Counted from the first letter of the stretch, positions 1 to 13,790 are shown. The stretch is DNA of 64,000 nt from Camelus dromedarius (GCF_036321535.1 NC_087436.1:56050001-56114000), one strand, 5' to 3'. Program-made: numbers and translations. Notes: generated from the letters alone by a model not told the origin.

Positions 1-2208
1 GCTCTATACATGGTGACCATGATATACTAACACAAAATATTTTAATTTATAATGTAATCAACTTTTCCCCAATTAATTTTTTAATCAAATTTAAAGAAAT
101 TAATAGTGAGTTACTTCTGAGTACTAAGATTAATGAAGACATTCACAATAGGTACTGACTTATAAATTGTATCAGTTCTACACTTTAAGAGCATATGAAT
201 ACATTATCTGAACATTTTCATGTTTAAATTGCTATTTAAAATGTCTTAATTTTAGTTAGAATTTAGTTTAATTTTAAAGTTTTAATTTTGGCATTGCCTT
301 TTAGAAACAGAAGAAACTCCTTATTCCTTCATGGAATTTGCGTTTTCCCTACATTTTTAAATTTTAAACCTACAATTTTGAGAATTCCATTTAATGTGGG
401 AAAGTGTTCTAAACAGAGGTACATCTTTGAGAGGCATTTCATGCAGTTTCTTTGATAAAAGCATCAAATTCTCTTAACTACAAATAAGGATGGAGGAGTG
501 GTGGGTAGTAATAAAATCTTAAAAACAAAATACAAAGTCCAAAGCACATTATGGGACTTCTTTGGTCTAGTTTTTAACAACTGAAAAATCTCATCAGTAG
601 TAGTCCTTTTAAAGATTCTGAAATCTTTGAATGATTCATGAGTTGATATTTTTATTTTGCCAGTTGAATATCTGAACATACAGACCCTCCTTGACACTGT
701 CATTAGATTATAAATCGTTTGCTCTTTTATAACATGTCACAAGTGGATTTAAATACCATTCGACTTGTGCTTTTATATTTGCCAAATAGTACCACTCCTT
801 AAGCCTTTCAAAAGATTTAACCTCTATTCAGTCAATCATCTTTCTTTTTTCTTCTTTTACTCACTGATCACATGAGTGATTTTTCTTTCCTGCCCTTTTC
901 ACTCTGGGGCACAACCCTAGACTTAGTCAAGATAACTGACTCCTGCAGTTTTAATATCTCCTTATTGAATTTAGATATCATAGTTTTGATTTAATCATAA
1001 AATGCACCATATATTTGGCATCTTTGGCAGATTCAATTTTTAAAACTAAAAATATGGCATTGTAATTGAAACAATATTAACTGGGAATGGTTGTGGAGAT
1101 TTCCTATCTATCATTTGCTTTCAGATTGTTTATTAATAACAAGATTGGCCTTTAGGTTGGAATATCATTGATCAGCCAGACATCTTTAACCTTGAGTTAG
1201 CAAATTAATGATTTGCAAAGATCTTTGGAGCAAGGAGGAATATGCAGCAAGTTTTGTCAACATTTTAAAAATTCCTACCCAGTTACTAGATGCCTTAAAA
1301 ATCTAGCCAACTTTTGCCCTACAGTACATAGTTGGAAATGAATGCCTAAGCATAACTTAAAAATTTAAAGGAAAGATTTATTGAAAAACATGTGTTTGTT
1401 TTTCATCATTTGTATTACTATCATTTTCTTTTCACAGATTAGAAAATTGTTGAGGTTTAATAAAGCTCACAATCTATCATTTGCATCCACTGACTAAAAA
1501 GTGCATCGCTGGATATAGATATTTAGAAAACCTTCTTTAAAAAGAGTGTACAAGCAAGATAAAGCCTTAATTTGAAATTCAGTGTTTAACAGTCTGTTTC
1601 TAACTTGTATTTCCTGCCATGTTTCCAACCGTGAATTTCTATATAGTAATTGGATTGTTGTACTCTCAGTTTTCCATAGAGGGTTTGTGGTGAGTGAATC
1701 AGGATTTTGGTACATATTCTTTCTGACTGTCTAGTGGTCTCTGAATCAGAACTTAACAGTGAACAAAATGAACTGTCTCAGAAATAGAATGACTATTTTT
1801 CTGATTTGTCCAGTTTTCCACAACAGGTTTTCAAAGTATTCATTAAAATCACACATATTTGGCCTCTTTGTCAAAACTCTGAGTGTTTCTTATCCTTAAT
1901 TCTGCATATTTTTCCCTATCTGTGAACAAATATGATCACTTCTACAAAGTACTGACCCTTTTCCATCTTTAAAATGGCAATGCAGTACTACTGTACAGCA
2001 TTTGTGCTGGTGATTATTTTGTCAGTCTCCAGTTAAATAAAATTTACTATGTTCACATTTCCTTCCTTGTTTCATGCAAAAAAAATTATACACACAGACA
2101 TATCTCACACTTTTTTGGCTACTGAAAAATATTTTGTATGCCAATGTTAGAACCATAGAAAGAAAGCAATCTGTATATCCTCTCTCACTTTTGTGGTTCC
2201 ACCTACCT

Positions 2209-2340
2209 ATTCATTGTTCATCTACCAGATATGTATTAAGTTCCTAATCTGTTCCATGAGCTTGGCATTGGGGAGATAAACCTAGTCTCTGCTGTGAGAA
2301 TCTTTTTATGCAGTGTGAGAAACAGGAAATATATAATAAT
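2209..2340 (-). mobile_element. L2 LINE 3' end fragment, highly decayed
   Basis: tcattgttca...atgtattaagttcctaatctgttcca...ggggagataaacctagtctctgc resembles the reverse complement of the L2 3' terminus. Confidence 0.55.
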
Positions 2341-3034
2341 TACAGAAATAAATTATATTCTATAATTGACCTAGTACAGTGAAATGAGACCTACCTGGGT
2401 ATATAATAATTCAATAATTGTTCAATTTAAAACATTTTATATTTACAGAATATTTTACCTTTTTTAAAGTATTTTTGTTATTCATCCTTTAGCACAAATT
2501 AAAACACTTCAGAGACTTAATGGACTATCTTTTAGATGTTCTTGCAATCAATAAGACTAATGGATAAATATATTCAGATACACAATTTTGCCCTTAGTAG
2601 GAAAACTATTGAGAGATAACTACTGAATGATAATTTTCTTTTTCATTTATCTTTGTGGTTATGCTGACATTTCAGTAAGGCTTTATTGAAGCAATAAGGT
2701 CATTCACTAAAACACAGATGATGAATCTAATACAAGTGTTAATTATGCTTTATTTTATAGATATAGACATGTGGAATCTGAGTCATTGTCAAGATGTTAA
2801 TTACTTTATAATGATTGGAATAAATTAATGTAGGGGCTCCTTTTATGTATTAATTAAAAGTTCACAATGGGATCAGCAATTCAGATAAGCAATAAAATGT
2901 GGTTGAATGCTTCTTTCATTATGAACTTTAGGACGTTTATTGGCAGAAATATCTTGAAAAGTTGAAAATATTTAACACTGGCCCATTTTGATGGCCTTTT
3001 TTCCTTTGAGTTACTTCTGTAGAGACTTTTGGTA

Positions 3035-3895
3035 ACTTGCTGTATTTGAATTTGACCGTTGTAACTCCTTCCATCTTCTCAAAATACTTCTTTTGACTGC
3101 TGTGAAATCAAATTCTACCTCCATGTTTCCCCTCATCTTTCTGTCTCTCAGATACGTCCTTCTCAGCCTCCTTTTCTGACTCCATTTTCATCAGAACTCT
3201 TAAGTGTTGAGGTCTCAGGGCTCCATCTTGGGTCCCTCTCTCTTCTTTATCTATGGATTAGGGCTTCCACACACATTTGTTCCAGTTATGTTCTGTGTCT
3301 CTGATTATCTTGTTAGGGAATTTCACTTAGTCTTGTGGATTGCAATTTCAACTGTGTGACAATGCCTCCTAAATTGAAAATTTCAGCCTGGACCTTCCCC
3401 CTGAAATCCAGAATCATACTTTCAACTGCATACTTGATATTTCCACTTGGAATAGGCTGTCCGTAACAGAATTCTTGATTTTTCTCTTCTTTCCTCACCA
3501 TGGACTCAAATTCTGCATCCCATCCCCACTCCTTATTTTCTCACTGAGCACTTCACCATCTCTCACTGAGCTCCGCTTGCCTTCATGCTGTTTGTTCCTT
3601 ATAAATACCACTGTACTTTCCATGTAGAGCCTTTGCTTCTTCTGCTTACAATGCCCTGTCACCAGAAATTGACCTGTGCTTTCTTAATAGGCATCACTAT
3701 TGCATCTCTCTGAGATAACTTCTTAGATCTTGAAAAGTATATTTCATATTTATTTCCTTCCTACTTTCCTTCCTCCCTTCTCCCTTCCACACCTCCTTCC
3801 TTTCCTGAATTCTCTCATTTTTATTATAGTATGCCCTCATCCCCTTTGGGCATAACACAGTATAAGGTAGCAGATGATAAATAAATATCTGCCAA
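3035..3895 (+). mobile_element. L2 LINE fragment (RT region to 3' end, with deletions)
   Basis: 3216-3254 translates to QGSILGPSLFFIY, a relic of the L2/CR1 RT motif PQGSVLGPLLF; followed by L2-typical cagcctggaccttccccctgaaatccaga and caactgcatacttgatatttccacttgg. Confidence 0.8.
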
Positions 3896-5002
3896 ATGGC
3901 ATAGTTTAGTCAGATTCTCATTTTTCTAACTGATCTTTTCTGAGGACACCCCAGAAAGCAGGAGAGCATGTATGTCCATGTGAGAGTGAGCTGCTACTTT
4001 ACCTAACGTTATCTAAAGTTATCTAAATATTTGAAATATTCTGTGCTAACAAGCCTTGCTTCCTCCTGAGACTGTGAATAGAATTATTTCCAGATGGTTC
4101 CGAAGTTTCAGCATATTGCTACAGTTAACAAAAAGCTTTTGTAAATGTTACATTAACCACTAAGGAGCATGTGCTACCATTAATTTGTATTATGAGTTCC
4201 TGTTGTTAACAGTAGAATTTGCTTGTACATGCATTTTTCTCCTTAAATCATATATAATAATTAGAGTACTGGTTGCAAGGAATTACAGATACCAAGGGAC
4301 TGATGTTGAAGTACTTAAAAACATGCTACGTGTGCCTCTTAGCAAATAACTAATTTAAGAAAAATTTCTTTAAAAAGTCTGCTAAAACAAAGCTAGGAAG
4401 ATCTAGATTTTTGTTATTACGGAGTGTATAAAGTGTAATCCATTTATCTTTTTAAATTGTGTTTATATCAAGTAAAGTAATGGAAAATTCTCTTCAGAAC
4501 ATATTTCTGTTTGTTACTATGAATAATAATAATAATATGAATAATAGTAGCAGCATATTGCATTCAATGGTACATTGTTTTTTGACATTCTTTAATGTGA
4601 ACATAAAGAAATAAGTTTAACATCAGTATTCCTGCCGTTGACTTTATGGTTATTTCCAGAACATTTCCAGGATAGGGTATTTAAAAAGTCATTTCCGCTC
4701 ACTGTAGTTTGACTGAAGGAAGCTAAAGATTGCTTTATTGATTGGCCAAGTGTATTAATCGAAGAAAAAAGGAAGGTTATCACACAGAACATCTGAAAAG
4801 CTTTAAAGAATATGAGATGAGATTTACTAAAATTCTCTTCTACCTACTTGTAAACAGTTGATTTAAATGAAAAAGACAAACCTAAAATTACAAGCAAGAA
4901 GGAGTTAACCAATAACAAATTCAAGGTCATAAAGTATACTTCCTGTTCCTTTACAAGAACCTAAGGCTATAGTTTCTTTTGCTGCTTGCCAACTTATATA
5001 TG

Positions 5003-5016
5003 GTTACCAGGGAAAC
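5003..5016. promoter_or_regulatory. RFX X-box-like motif GTTACCAGGGAAAC
   Basis: Near-consensus match to GTTRCCATGGNAAC in non-repeat DNA; motif match only. Confidence 0.25.
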
Positions 5017-5499
5017 TTCCTGTTCTAAATTATGCTGTGTGAAACTTACATGTATTCTCTTAATTTAGACCCCAAATTTAGATTCCATTTAAAATAACTA
5101 GGATGTGGTAGGAGAGAGTTCTCTAATATATCATTTAACATTTGTAGTTTTTTTTTTCTTAAAATGAAAAACTTTGGTGTCACATAAGTATTTATAATAG
5201 TGTAAATCAATACATCGCACGTTTAACCACCTCATAAATCTAGCCAGTCTGGTTTCTTTGTCTAAATAGAATAAATTAGGCAAAAAAGCAATGTTTTACA
5301 AGTAATTTTATGTATGAATATGAAAAAGTATACCATAGGGTTTCATGTTTATATGGCATTTTCCTTTTGTATCTCTTGTGGCAAAATATGTGCTAGAGAT
5401 TTGTGGCATATTTTCAAATGGGAATAAATATTTGTAGAGTCTTAGAGAATATGGTACCTCCGTCCTTTATTAAAACCTTGCATTCAAGTATTAGGGAAG

Positions 5500-5970
5500 T
5501 CTATTCATTCACTTCTCTGTTTTTCCTACGAACACATACTGTTCCCTACTACGTACAAGCAATGTGATAAACACAAAGGATCCCAAATCAAACGTTTTAC
5601 CTACTCTCAAGGAGTCTAGAGGGAAAGGTGGCTTTAAATCAATCATCATATTACAGTGTGATAAATTCTATAAAAGAGAAGTGTCCTAGGGGCCAGGGTC
5701 ATGTTGGGGAGCATTCAAATGTGATGGTGGGGCACCTGTGTTCTTCCAGAATCTGGAAGAAGAAATACATTAAAAACTTTTTAAGCCAAAGAGTAACTCA
5801 GATGATCAGATTTGTAACTGAGAATGATAACTCTAATCATGTGGAGGCTAGTGAGGATGAGTCCAGATTAGAGACAAGAACATTATATGCCTGGGAGACC
5901 ACTGTGTTACTCAAGTTTAGGTTGGTGAGTGCCTAAATGAAGGCAGTTGCAGTAGAAATGTCAACAAGGG
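5500..5970 (-). mobile_element. L2 LINE fragment
   Basis: attcattc...cctactacgtacaagc...ctactctcaaggagtctag...gggagaccactg...tgagtgcctaaatgaaggcagttgcagtagaaatg matches antisense L2 landmarks. Confidence 0.65.
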
Positions 5971-7544
5971 ATGCCAGGGAATGTTGACATGGCAAGGATT
6001 TGGAGTCAAAGAATGTTAGAGAGGAAAGGGACTGTAGATGGTGAAATGTCTATTTTTATAGGTTAGGAAAATACAGCATAGAAAATGATGCTTGCATACA
6101 CACTAAAACTTAGACAAAGGGGATATTGTCAATGGTAAGCATGCAGTATTTTCAGGACCATTTTGTACACTAGGTTAAAATAATAAAAACTTCCTGTAAT
6201 GGTTATAAATTATGAAATTATACATTTAATTTTCTTTTATGTATATTTGACATTTTGAACTTGGACAAATCAGAAACTAAAAAGGTAAGACTGATTTTTA
6301 AGAAAATCAAAGCTGATTAGATCAGGTAAAGATATTTCAGCAAAAGGTTGCCCCTTAGGAAACCTGATATTTTTCAGAAAAGTATTTTTTAGAGTTCATT
6401 TCCAATATAAATTTATAAAATCATTTAATGTCATCTAACATTTTCTTAAATATCAAAATATTCTTAATGGAAAAGATATTGGAAGATTGTATAATTAAAT
6501 GCATGTTTGAACCTCTGTTTATTCTGTTACTAGTATTATTCATAAAAGTGACCATCAGGGTAAAGCAGAAATGTAGTTTACAGAACCCTACCTGATGGCC
6601 TTGACCCTTCAAAGCCATAGCTGAGATTTAATGTCAAAATGAATTATAGGAGAAAATAACAAGCTTTTATCAAAACAATGTCTCCTTTTCTTTTCCCCTT
6701 TAAAAATACCTAAAAGTCAAGATACATTGCATGTCTGTTTTCTATTAATTTACGATCACTTTCTAATCATCAGTATGGTAACCATTCTGTCTTAAGTACT
6801 TACATTGTGAAAAGCATAGAAAATATGAGTATTCCACTAATTTGTGGGGAGGGAGGCTCTATTATATGTTACAACATTGTTAATTTACTTTGGGACCACA
6901 TGAATGTCCTTATACATTGTGTTTTTCAAAACATGATGAAGTGGACACTTAGGGCTATAGACACTGATCTTAGAAAGTTCAGTAATTTCTTTATTTGACC
7001 GTAACTATCATGACTAAAGTGCCTAGCATAGATTCTCACACATCATTGTTTCCTTACTACATGTTTGCTAAATAAATAGATTATGATATTTAACTTTAGG
7101 TACAATTTGAAACACAACTCATTTAATATCACTATAATAGACATTGTCATATTTTGTCTCAGGATAAGATATCTGGTAATTCCCAATGCAGTTTAGTGCA
7201 GTGAGGTGTTTTTTTTTTTAATTATGTCTTTTTATTGGAAATTGTTGCCAGAATATGTAATTAATAGCATACCATGTTCCATTAAATGGAAATTTATGTA
7301 TTTTTTTCAAAATATATGCTCAGACTAGAGAAAAGAAGGCAGAATACAAATGTGAGATATTCATCACTGTATTTGTTTTGAGACCACTTATAGGAATTAC
7401 GTTACATCAGCCCAAAAAGATTATATATGCTTAGATGGATATATTTGTCATTTGCCAAACATTTTATAACTAAAGACAAGTTTAGAAAGTGTTTTCAAGT
7501 TTAAAAATAATTTCTTATCAAGATAACAGAAATGTATCAAATGG

Positions 7545-8512
7545 TTTGGCTTTACCTTCAAAATTTATCCAGAATCTCATCTCCACCCCTTTCACCTTGG
7601 TGTAAGCCACCGTGATGTCTAGAATGAGTCATTTGTAATCACTTCCTAACTAGATGATTTCATCAGAACAGAGTAGGCTTTTGCAGCAATAACTCTCAAC
7701 TCTCCAAACCTCAGTGGCTTAACACCAAAATAAAATCATGTATCTTATTCACAAATGTCGACTTTATTTTGACAAGATGAAGGGGGCTGGGGGGAGCTTC
7801 TTACAGTCATTCAGGGATCAGGGCTGAGGGAGGTTGCCCCGTTCACAGGGTCGCTGGCTGAGGCAGTAGGGGAAGAGAAAGACTGGAGAGCCCTAGAGCT
7901 GCAGCAGAAGAGTGACACAGGTCACTACTGCTCACGTTTCATCATCCAGCACCAGTCTTGTGGCCCCGCCTCACTGCAGAGGAGCTGGGAAATGTACCTC
8001 TTGTGTGCCCAGGCAGAAAAAGGGCTTGGGGAACTCCCGAGTACTAATCATGTCTTCCACACTAGTTTGGAAGACCAAACCCATCCTTGCTACAAGACAA
8101 CCTCAGCAGAACAGCAAAACGATCCTTTAATATGTCACATCATGTCACTCTTCTGCTTGCAGTCATGAAACGGCTCCCTATTTCACTCAAAGGGAAAATC
8201 AGTGTCCTTACTATGAACCACAAAGCCTAACATAGACTCTCCTGCCTGGCTCACTCCCTCACTTCCTTTAGGTCTCCTTGTTAGAGAGGCTCTTCTTTGT
8301 CACCCTGTTTTATTTGTCTCCATGGCACTTACCACTCTTTGATATACTAATAAATATACTGGTTATTGGTTCTGCCTAAGTACTGGTTGCTCTTCCTACT
8401 AGAATGTAAGCTGCAAAATGGCAAGGACTCTGTTCAGTTCACCATTTTAACCCCAGTGCCTAGAGTGGTGCCTGCATGTTAGAATATGAATGAATGAATG
8501 AATGAATGAATG
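7545..8512 (+). mobile_element. L2 (L2a-like) 3' fragment, interrupted by an MLT1 LTR
   Basis: taccttcaaaatttatccagaatct...cttcctaactag before the LTR; resumes with catcatgtcactcttctgctt...tagaatgtaagctgc...ccccagtgcctagag and ends in the (TGAA)6 L2 tail at 8487-8512. Confidence 0.85.
7655..8061 (-). mobile_element. MaLR solo LTR (old MLT1, J/K/L-like)
   Basis: TG...CA termini; ctcagtggcttaaca, cagtcattcaggga, gtgacacaggtcactactgctcac and ctgcagaggagctgggaaatgta are MLT1 landmarks; 5-bp TSD ctaga (7650-7654) / ctagt (8062-8066). Confidence 0.85.
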
Positions 8513-9701
8513 GGATGCCCCTCAGAACTGTATTGAGAATCTCATTCCCTTTGTATAGTTAATTTGTTTGTCATTTATTATTCTTTAAGAAACATGTTTT
8601 CTTTTATTTTTTCCTTACTGCCTTTTCCCTTGTTTCTGAGGATATCGCTGAAATTCGTCATACAAAGACTTGCCCCATGCTTAATGGGGTGCAGGTTAAA
8701 AACAGTAAAACTGAGAGATCAAAGGCAAACCTGGGGTATATTTACTCTCCTGAGAGATTGTATCAAGGGGAGGGAACCTACAGTCAGCAGAGGCCTGATT
8801 GGGCTGATTGTTTAAGGTAGCTTTTGAGAATTATAGAATTCATAATAGAATACAAAACCATAAATGGATCTTTTTCTAAGCTTTATTTTATTTATTCTTT
8901 GAACAGGACTGTATCTGACTGTTGAAATGAGAAAAGCTTATCACTGTCATTTTTTATACTGAAGCCATATTCTACCAACTTAAAATTCTAATTGTGTTTA
9001 AGATTTCTAGTGGGCAGTTGCCTTACTAACATAATGGGTGGAGAAAAATACACATCACTATGCATATATGCATTTATATTGGTAGAGTTAAGGAGTGAGT
9101 ATTTATAAAAATAAAGAGAAAGAGTTAAAGGTAATATGAAAAGTGCTTGTTTGACTCTAGCAGTTACAAAATGAAAAACATTAATACCCTTTTTAGTTCA
9201 CTTGACAGGAGATGAACTGTCAAAGAAGGGAAGACAGAAGGGAGTCTGGGTGAATTATTTGCTAGTGTGAGACTGATAATTCATTATGCCTGAATGGAAC
9301 TTGAGTTCTTTGCCAGTGGACAGTCTAATAGACCAGAACCAAGCCCAGGCATCGACTATTAGCAGGAGGTCTTGAAAACAAGGCAGTGATGGGCTGGTGC
9401 TTATAAAGGGCTGGCTTGTGGGAACTGCTGGAACTCCCTGCTGCTATTCCAGCAAATTCCATTGTGGTCATCTTAACATGCTTTTTTTTCCCTTCCCTCT
9501 GAGGCATAACAAGCAGGCTGTGTGCAATGGCAGAAAAATGACAGGGGGTGATCTTGGGGAAAATTCTCAGCCATATGCCATTGTATATACATGGAAATGG
9601 TAGCATTTATTGCTCATTTCTGAGGACATGGCAACTAGTATTTTTAGGCAACTGTTGCCTAAAGTAACAAGTATTTCAGAAGTAATAAATGGAAGCCTCA
9701 T

Positions 9702-10178
9702 TGTGTGTCAGAATTCTCCAGAGAAACAGAACTAATATATAAAAAAGGATTTATTATAAGGAATTAGCTCACATGATTATGGAGACTAGATCCTCAGATC
9801 TACAGTAAGCACGCTGGAGACCCAGGAGAGCTGTTACTAAAGTCCCCGACTGGATCTGAAGGCTTGAGAAGCAGGAAAGTCAGTGTTATAAGTTCCAGCC
9901 CAAGTCTGAGGGTAGAGGCAGGAGAAGACTGATGTACCAGCTCCACGATAGGCAGAGAGAGCCAATGAATTCTCCCTTACTCAGCCTTTTTGTTCTATTC
10001 AGGCCTTCAAAGGATTAGATAAGCCCACTGACCTTGGGGAAGGCAACCTGCTTTACTCAGTCTCCCTCTGCTGATGCAAATGTTAATGTCATCCAGAAAT
10101 GCCATCACAGACACATCCAACATAACGTTTAACCAAATACCTGGGCACTCTAGTTGATACATAAAAGTAACCATCATA
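9702..10178 (-). mobile_element. ERVL solo LTR (MLT2, B/C-like)
   Basis: ttctccagagaaacagaac...ttattataaggaattagctcacatgattatggag...ttgatacataaaagtaaccatcata is the reverse complement of the MLT2 consensus; near full length. Confidence 0.92.
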
Positions 10179-10462
10179 TCCATGAAAAGTATATTTCTTT
10201 TTTCAGGGGAGGGAAGGTTTCTGGGCGGAAAATACATCCACATCCTTGGGTCTCTTGTAAACTAAGCTATTCCTTAGACTAGGAGGACTCATATCTCTGT
10301 TAAACGCAGTTCATTTGGCATTTCAGACCTTCCATTGAGTATTGTAGTTGTTAAGGTCTGAGCCTCCATATTGTTTCAAATATACATTTAGGTAACTGAG
10401 GGGGAAAATATTGTCCACTCAAATGATAGCATAGTTTTTATCCTCTGCTGTGGTTTGTACTA

Positions 10463-10633
10463 CAGGATCCCCATCCTGGCTGCATATTAGTACTATCTAG
10501 AGGAAGCTTTTAAAAATACTCAGCCTTGGGCTGCCATCCAAACAATCAGATTCATTGGGGTGGAACCTAGCATCCATGCTTGGTAGAAGTTCCCCAGGAG
10601 ATTCCAGTGGGCAGCCAGGACTGAAATCCTCTG
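10463..10633. mobile_element. hAT-Charlie MITE (MER5A/MER5A1-like)
   Basis: Subterminal inverted repeat tcctggctgc (10474-10483) / gcagccagga (10611-10620); internal agcttttaaaaatact and ttccccaggagattc are typical of MER5. Confidence 0.8.
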
Positions 10634-11438
10634 ATTCCATAAACCAGAGTTGGTGGAACAGCCCTTTACTGTGATCCGCCTTCCGCTTAAGAAGTGCCCT
10701 GTGCTGTGTACATTGTTTGGTAATCTAGAGGTCCTCCACGCCTCCTTAGATTCTAATGTCTACGCTTTGTCAAATTAATGCCAATTCCTGGGTCTCTCAG
10801 CAGCTCCTATAGGGTATGTTGGCAAGTACTTCAGTTTCTCACCTCTATCATTGTCTCACGGAGTCTGTTAGTGGCTGACTGTCCCTTAAACACCCCCCAG
10901 TGCCCTGGTTGGACAACTCAGGGAACCTCTATATTTAGCACCCCCAAGTCCAGTTTGGGCTTGTATTCCACTCCCTCCTGAAGGATGATTAAAACTCTGA
11001 TGTTCCATGACAGTTTCAGGAAGCAGAGAACAGTCTCAGGAGTTTTTTCCAGCCCCATAGAGCTGCATTAGGAAAACAGGCCTAAGGAGAATCTCTGTAA
11101 AACCTCAGTTTCTTAGTGTGATGCCTTGAATACAGGGCTGAGCAGTCATTCATCCTAAGGGTGACTGACTTTCTTTCTCCTATCACAGAGTACAAAACGG
11201 ATCTCTTGCTTCTGGTGTGATCTTTAATCATACACGAGGGATCCAGCCAGTGGTCTAAAATTCCATATCATATAAGCTCACACAGGAACAGTGATCGCAG
11301 TTTCTTAACCAAAAATAGAAACACATGGAAAGAAAGAATGTACATATAAAGATAATGGGGGAGATATTTAAAGTCAAAAATGACCTGGAAAATAAAAATT
11401 TCTCTAAGTCTGCATACAAATAGACATAAGAATAAAGC

Positions 11439-11645
11439 TGTCTCTTAGTCTGTTGGGACTGCTATAACGAAATACCACAGACTAAGTGGTGGCTTGTAAA
11501 CAACAGAAATTTATTTTTTATAGTTTTGGAGGTTGGAAGTCCAAGATCAAGGAACCAGCATGGTCAGATAATAAGGGCCTTCTTCTTGGTTCATAGCTGG
11601 CATCTTCTCCCTGTGTCCTCACATGGTGGAAGCAACTAGAGATCT
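11439..11645 (-). mobile_element. MaLR LTR fragment (MLT1A-like, 3' half)
   Basis: cttagtctgttgggactgctataacgaaataccacagact...aacaacagaaatttatt...ggaagtccaagatcaagg...tgtgtcctcacatgg. Confidence 0.9.
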
Positions 11646-11679
11646 AGCATTCATCCCAATTGCAATTCAAGTCTCACTA

Positions 11680-11785
11680 TTCTGTTTTATGAACAAGGAT
11701 ATGAGAAATTCACCCAAGTTCCTACAGCTGGGAAGGGCCGTGAACTTGGAACTCAAACCTGGTTCTAAAACTGGGGCTCTTATTA
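11680..11785 (-). mobile_element. MIR SINE fragment
   Basis: cacccaagttcctacagctgggaagggc...ggaactcaaacctgg resembles the antisense MIR core. Confidence 0.6.
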
Positions 11786-11848
11786 CATCAGCTGCTTTTC
11801 AGCCTGTGCAATTTTTATGTGATATAGGACTTTCTGGTGTATGTGGGG

Positions 11849-11879
11849 GTTTTGTTTTGTTTTGTTTTGTTTTGTTTTG
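11849..11879. repeat. (GTTTT)n simple repeat
   Basis: About 6 GTTTT units read directly. Confidence 0.9.
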
Positions 11880-13409
11880 GTTAATGTGAGATGTATGGGT
11901 CTTTGTAGCATATGAAGAAATCATAACATTTTAGAAATTCTATCAAAATATGAATTTGTGTTTTTAAATTTAGGAAAGGTGATAGAGAGTAAAGGAAATG
12001 TTCCCTAACAAAACTAATGGACACTCCAGTTCTAAAAGTTATATTATTTCACTTGGTTATGCAAGATTTTATGTAATTTGTGTGATGTTTTTATCTGTAA
12101 TCGCCCATCACCTTCTGGGGCAAAGAAAATAACTCACTGCCTGTCATCTCCAAACTGCCATTCCTTTTACAACGGCAAAGTACCCTGTGGAGATGGTATA
12201 TGCCAGGCCTTTTTAAGATTTTACAAAGACTGGAGACCAACTGCTTTCAAACAGAAATATTTACTGAGAAGCTAATCCATGTATCAGAGATCTGAAGGAA
12301 GAGAGCATGACTAACCGCTGAAAATAGGGCTCATTACTGGAGAAATCTGCAATGAGCCCGGAGGGAAGTTCTCTAATTCCAGAAAGGATGTGTTAAAAAG
12401 GAAAGGCCAAGAAATGGAGTGAGATCAAATGATATGTTTGAAGTAAAAATTTAGACAAACTGACTTAGGTTACTGAATATTAATAGAAGTGAATAAAATG
12501 GGCCCCCTTAAGTTACTACAGTGTGTGTCATGTGGTCTTTATTCAGAAGTATTTGCTTATCTGACTAGGGATCTTGACCAGTACTCGGTAGTATGTAATA
12601 ATGCAGGGAAACATAATGCGTGTCTGGCATAATTACATGGACTTTAAAAACACTCGATTCCTCTAAAAAATGCAGTGGAGACTTTGTTATCATTAGTGAT
12701 TATGTCGCCAATTCAGGGAATGAAGCTGCTGATAATAGTTTTGATTCAGGGTCAAGCACTGAGAGAATTAAAACAACAAATTAATCATATGAAAAATTAA
12801 TACTGACCATAGAGGTATCCTGGGAGCAAGATGCTCTGTTTTTGTTTTTGGTTTTGAGTATCCCAAATGTCATAGAACGAAAGTGAAGAGAAAGGGCCTG
12901 GTGTGTAGGATTCACCAGCACCACTTGTATTTTTAATATGTGCAATCATTTAATTCAGCAACTCTTCAAGTTGGGTGTCATTGTTACTGCCTCTTTATAG
13001 ATTGAGAGATGGAGCAAAGACAAGGAAATGACTGAAGCAAGACCCAAAATGGGTCTCTGATTCATATTCTCTGTTCTCCCGTGTTCTCTTCAATCACGGA
13101 TTTTTCATGGGGTCCCTGAAGTTTCTTACCATCTTTAAGTCAGTTTTCAGAGCACAGAGATATAAAGATACCTCTTAATTTAAACTTAGATTATGGCTTT
13201 ATCTTCGGGAAAGCAGAGACATTTGACCTCATCTCCGAGTGAACAGAGCAGGAGGTGGAACCCCAGGGTGACTCCCAGATGGAGCGGCTTGTTAGCATGC
13301 AGAGCAGGCTGTTGTAAGGACGAGGAGGTGGGAACGCCTTCACCAGGAATGAGCTTCATGATACAGATACAGATAAATGGGTGTTTAATAAACCAGGGCT
13401 CTGTAAAGC

Positions 13410-13640
13410 AAACAAAAAGTAACAGACAGGGGAAACTAATCTGTGGTATTAGAAGTCAGAACAGTGGTTACACTTGCGGGTGGTGAGTAGCGACTTGAAG
13501 ACAGCATGACGGGGCTTCTAGGATTCTGGTAAAGTCTTCTTTCTTGCTCTGGTGCTGGATGGGCAAATGGATTCAAGTTATGAAATTTAATGAGCTTTAC
13601 ATTAAAATTCATATGTTTTTCTAAGTGTTTTTTATTATTC
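13410..13640 (+). mobile_element. Old L1 (L1ME-type) 3' UTR fragment
   Basis: aaactaatctgtggtattagaagtcagaacagtggttac...ggggcttctaggattctggtaaagtcttctttcttgctctggtgctgg matches the L1ME 3' end. Confidence 0.85.
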
Positions 13641-13769
13641 ATTATTTTTATTTTATACTTCCATTCATATATAATTATGGATTTCTGTTTCTACATTTTC
13701 TGGTTCTTCAAGTGTTGGCTTTTATCCAGTTATTCCATGTGTTTTCAAAACTATATGTGTGACCAAAAA

Positions 13770-13790
13770 TGTGTGTGTGTGTGTGTGTGT
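13770..13790. repeat. (TG)10 microsatellite
   Basis: Read directly. Confidence 0.95.

Noticed and set aside
5628..5936. 102-aa ORF
   Set aside because: Antisense reading of a decayed L2.
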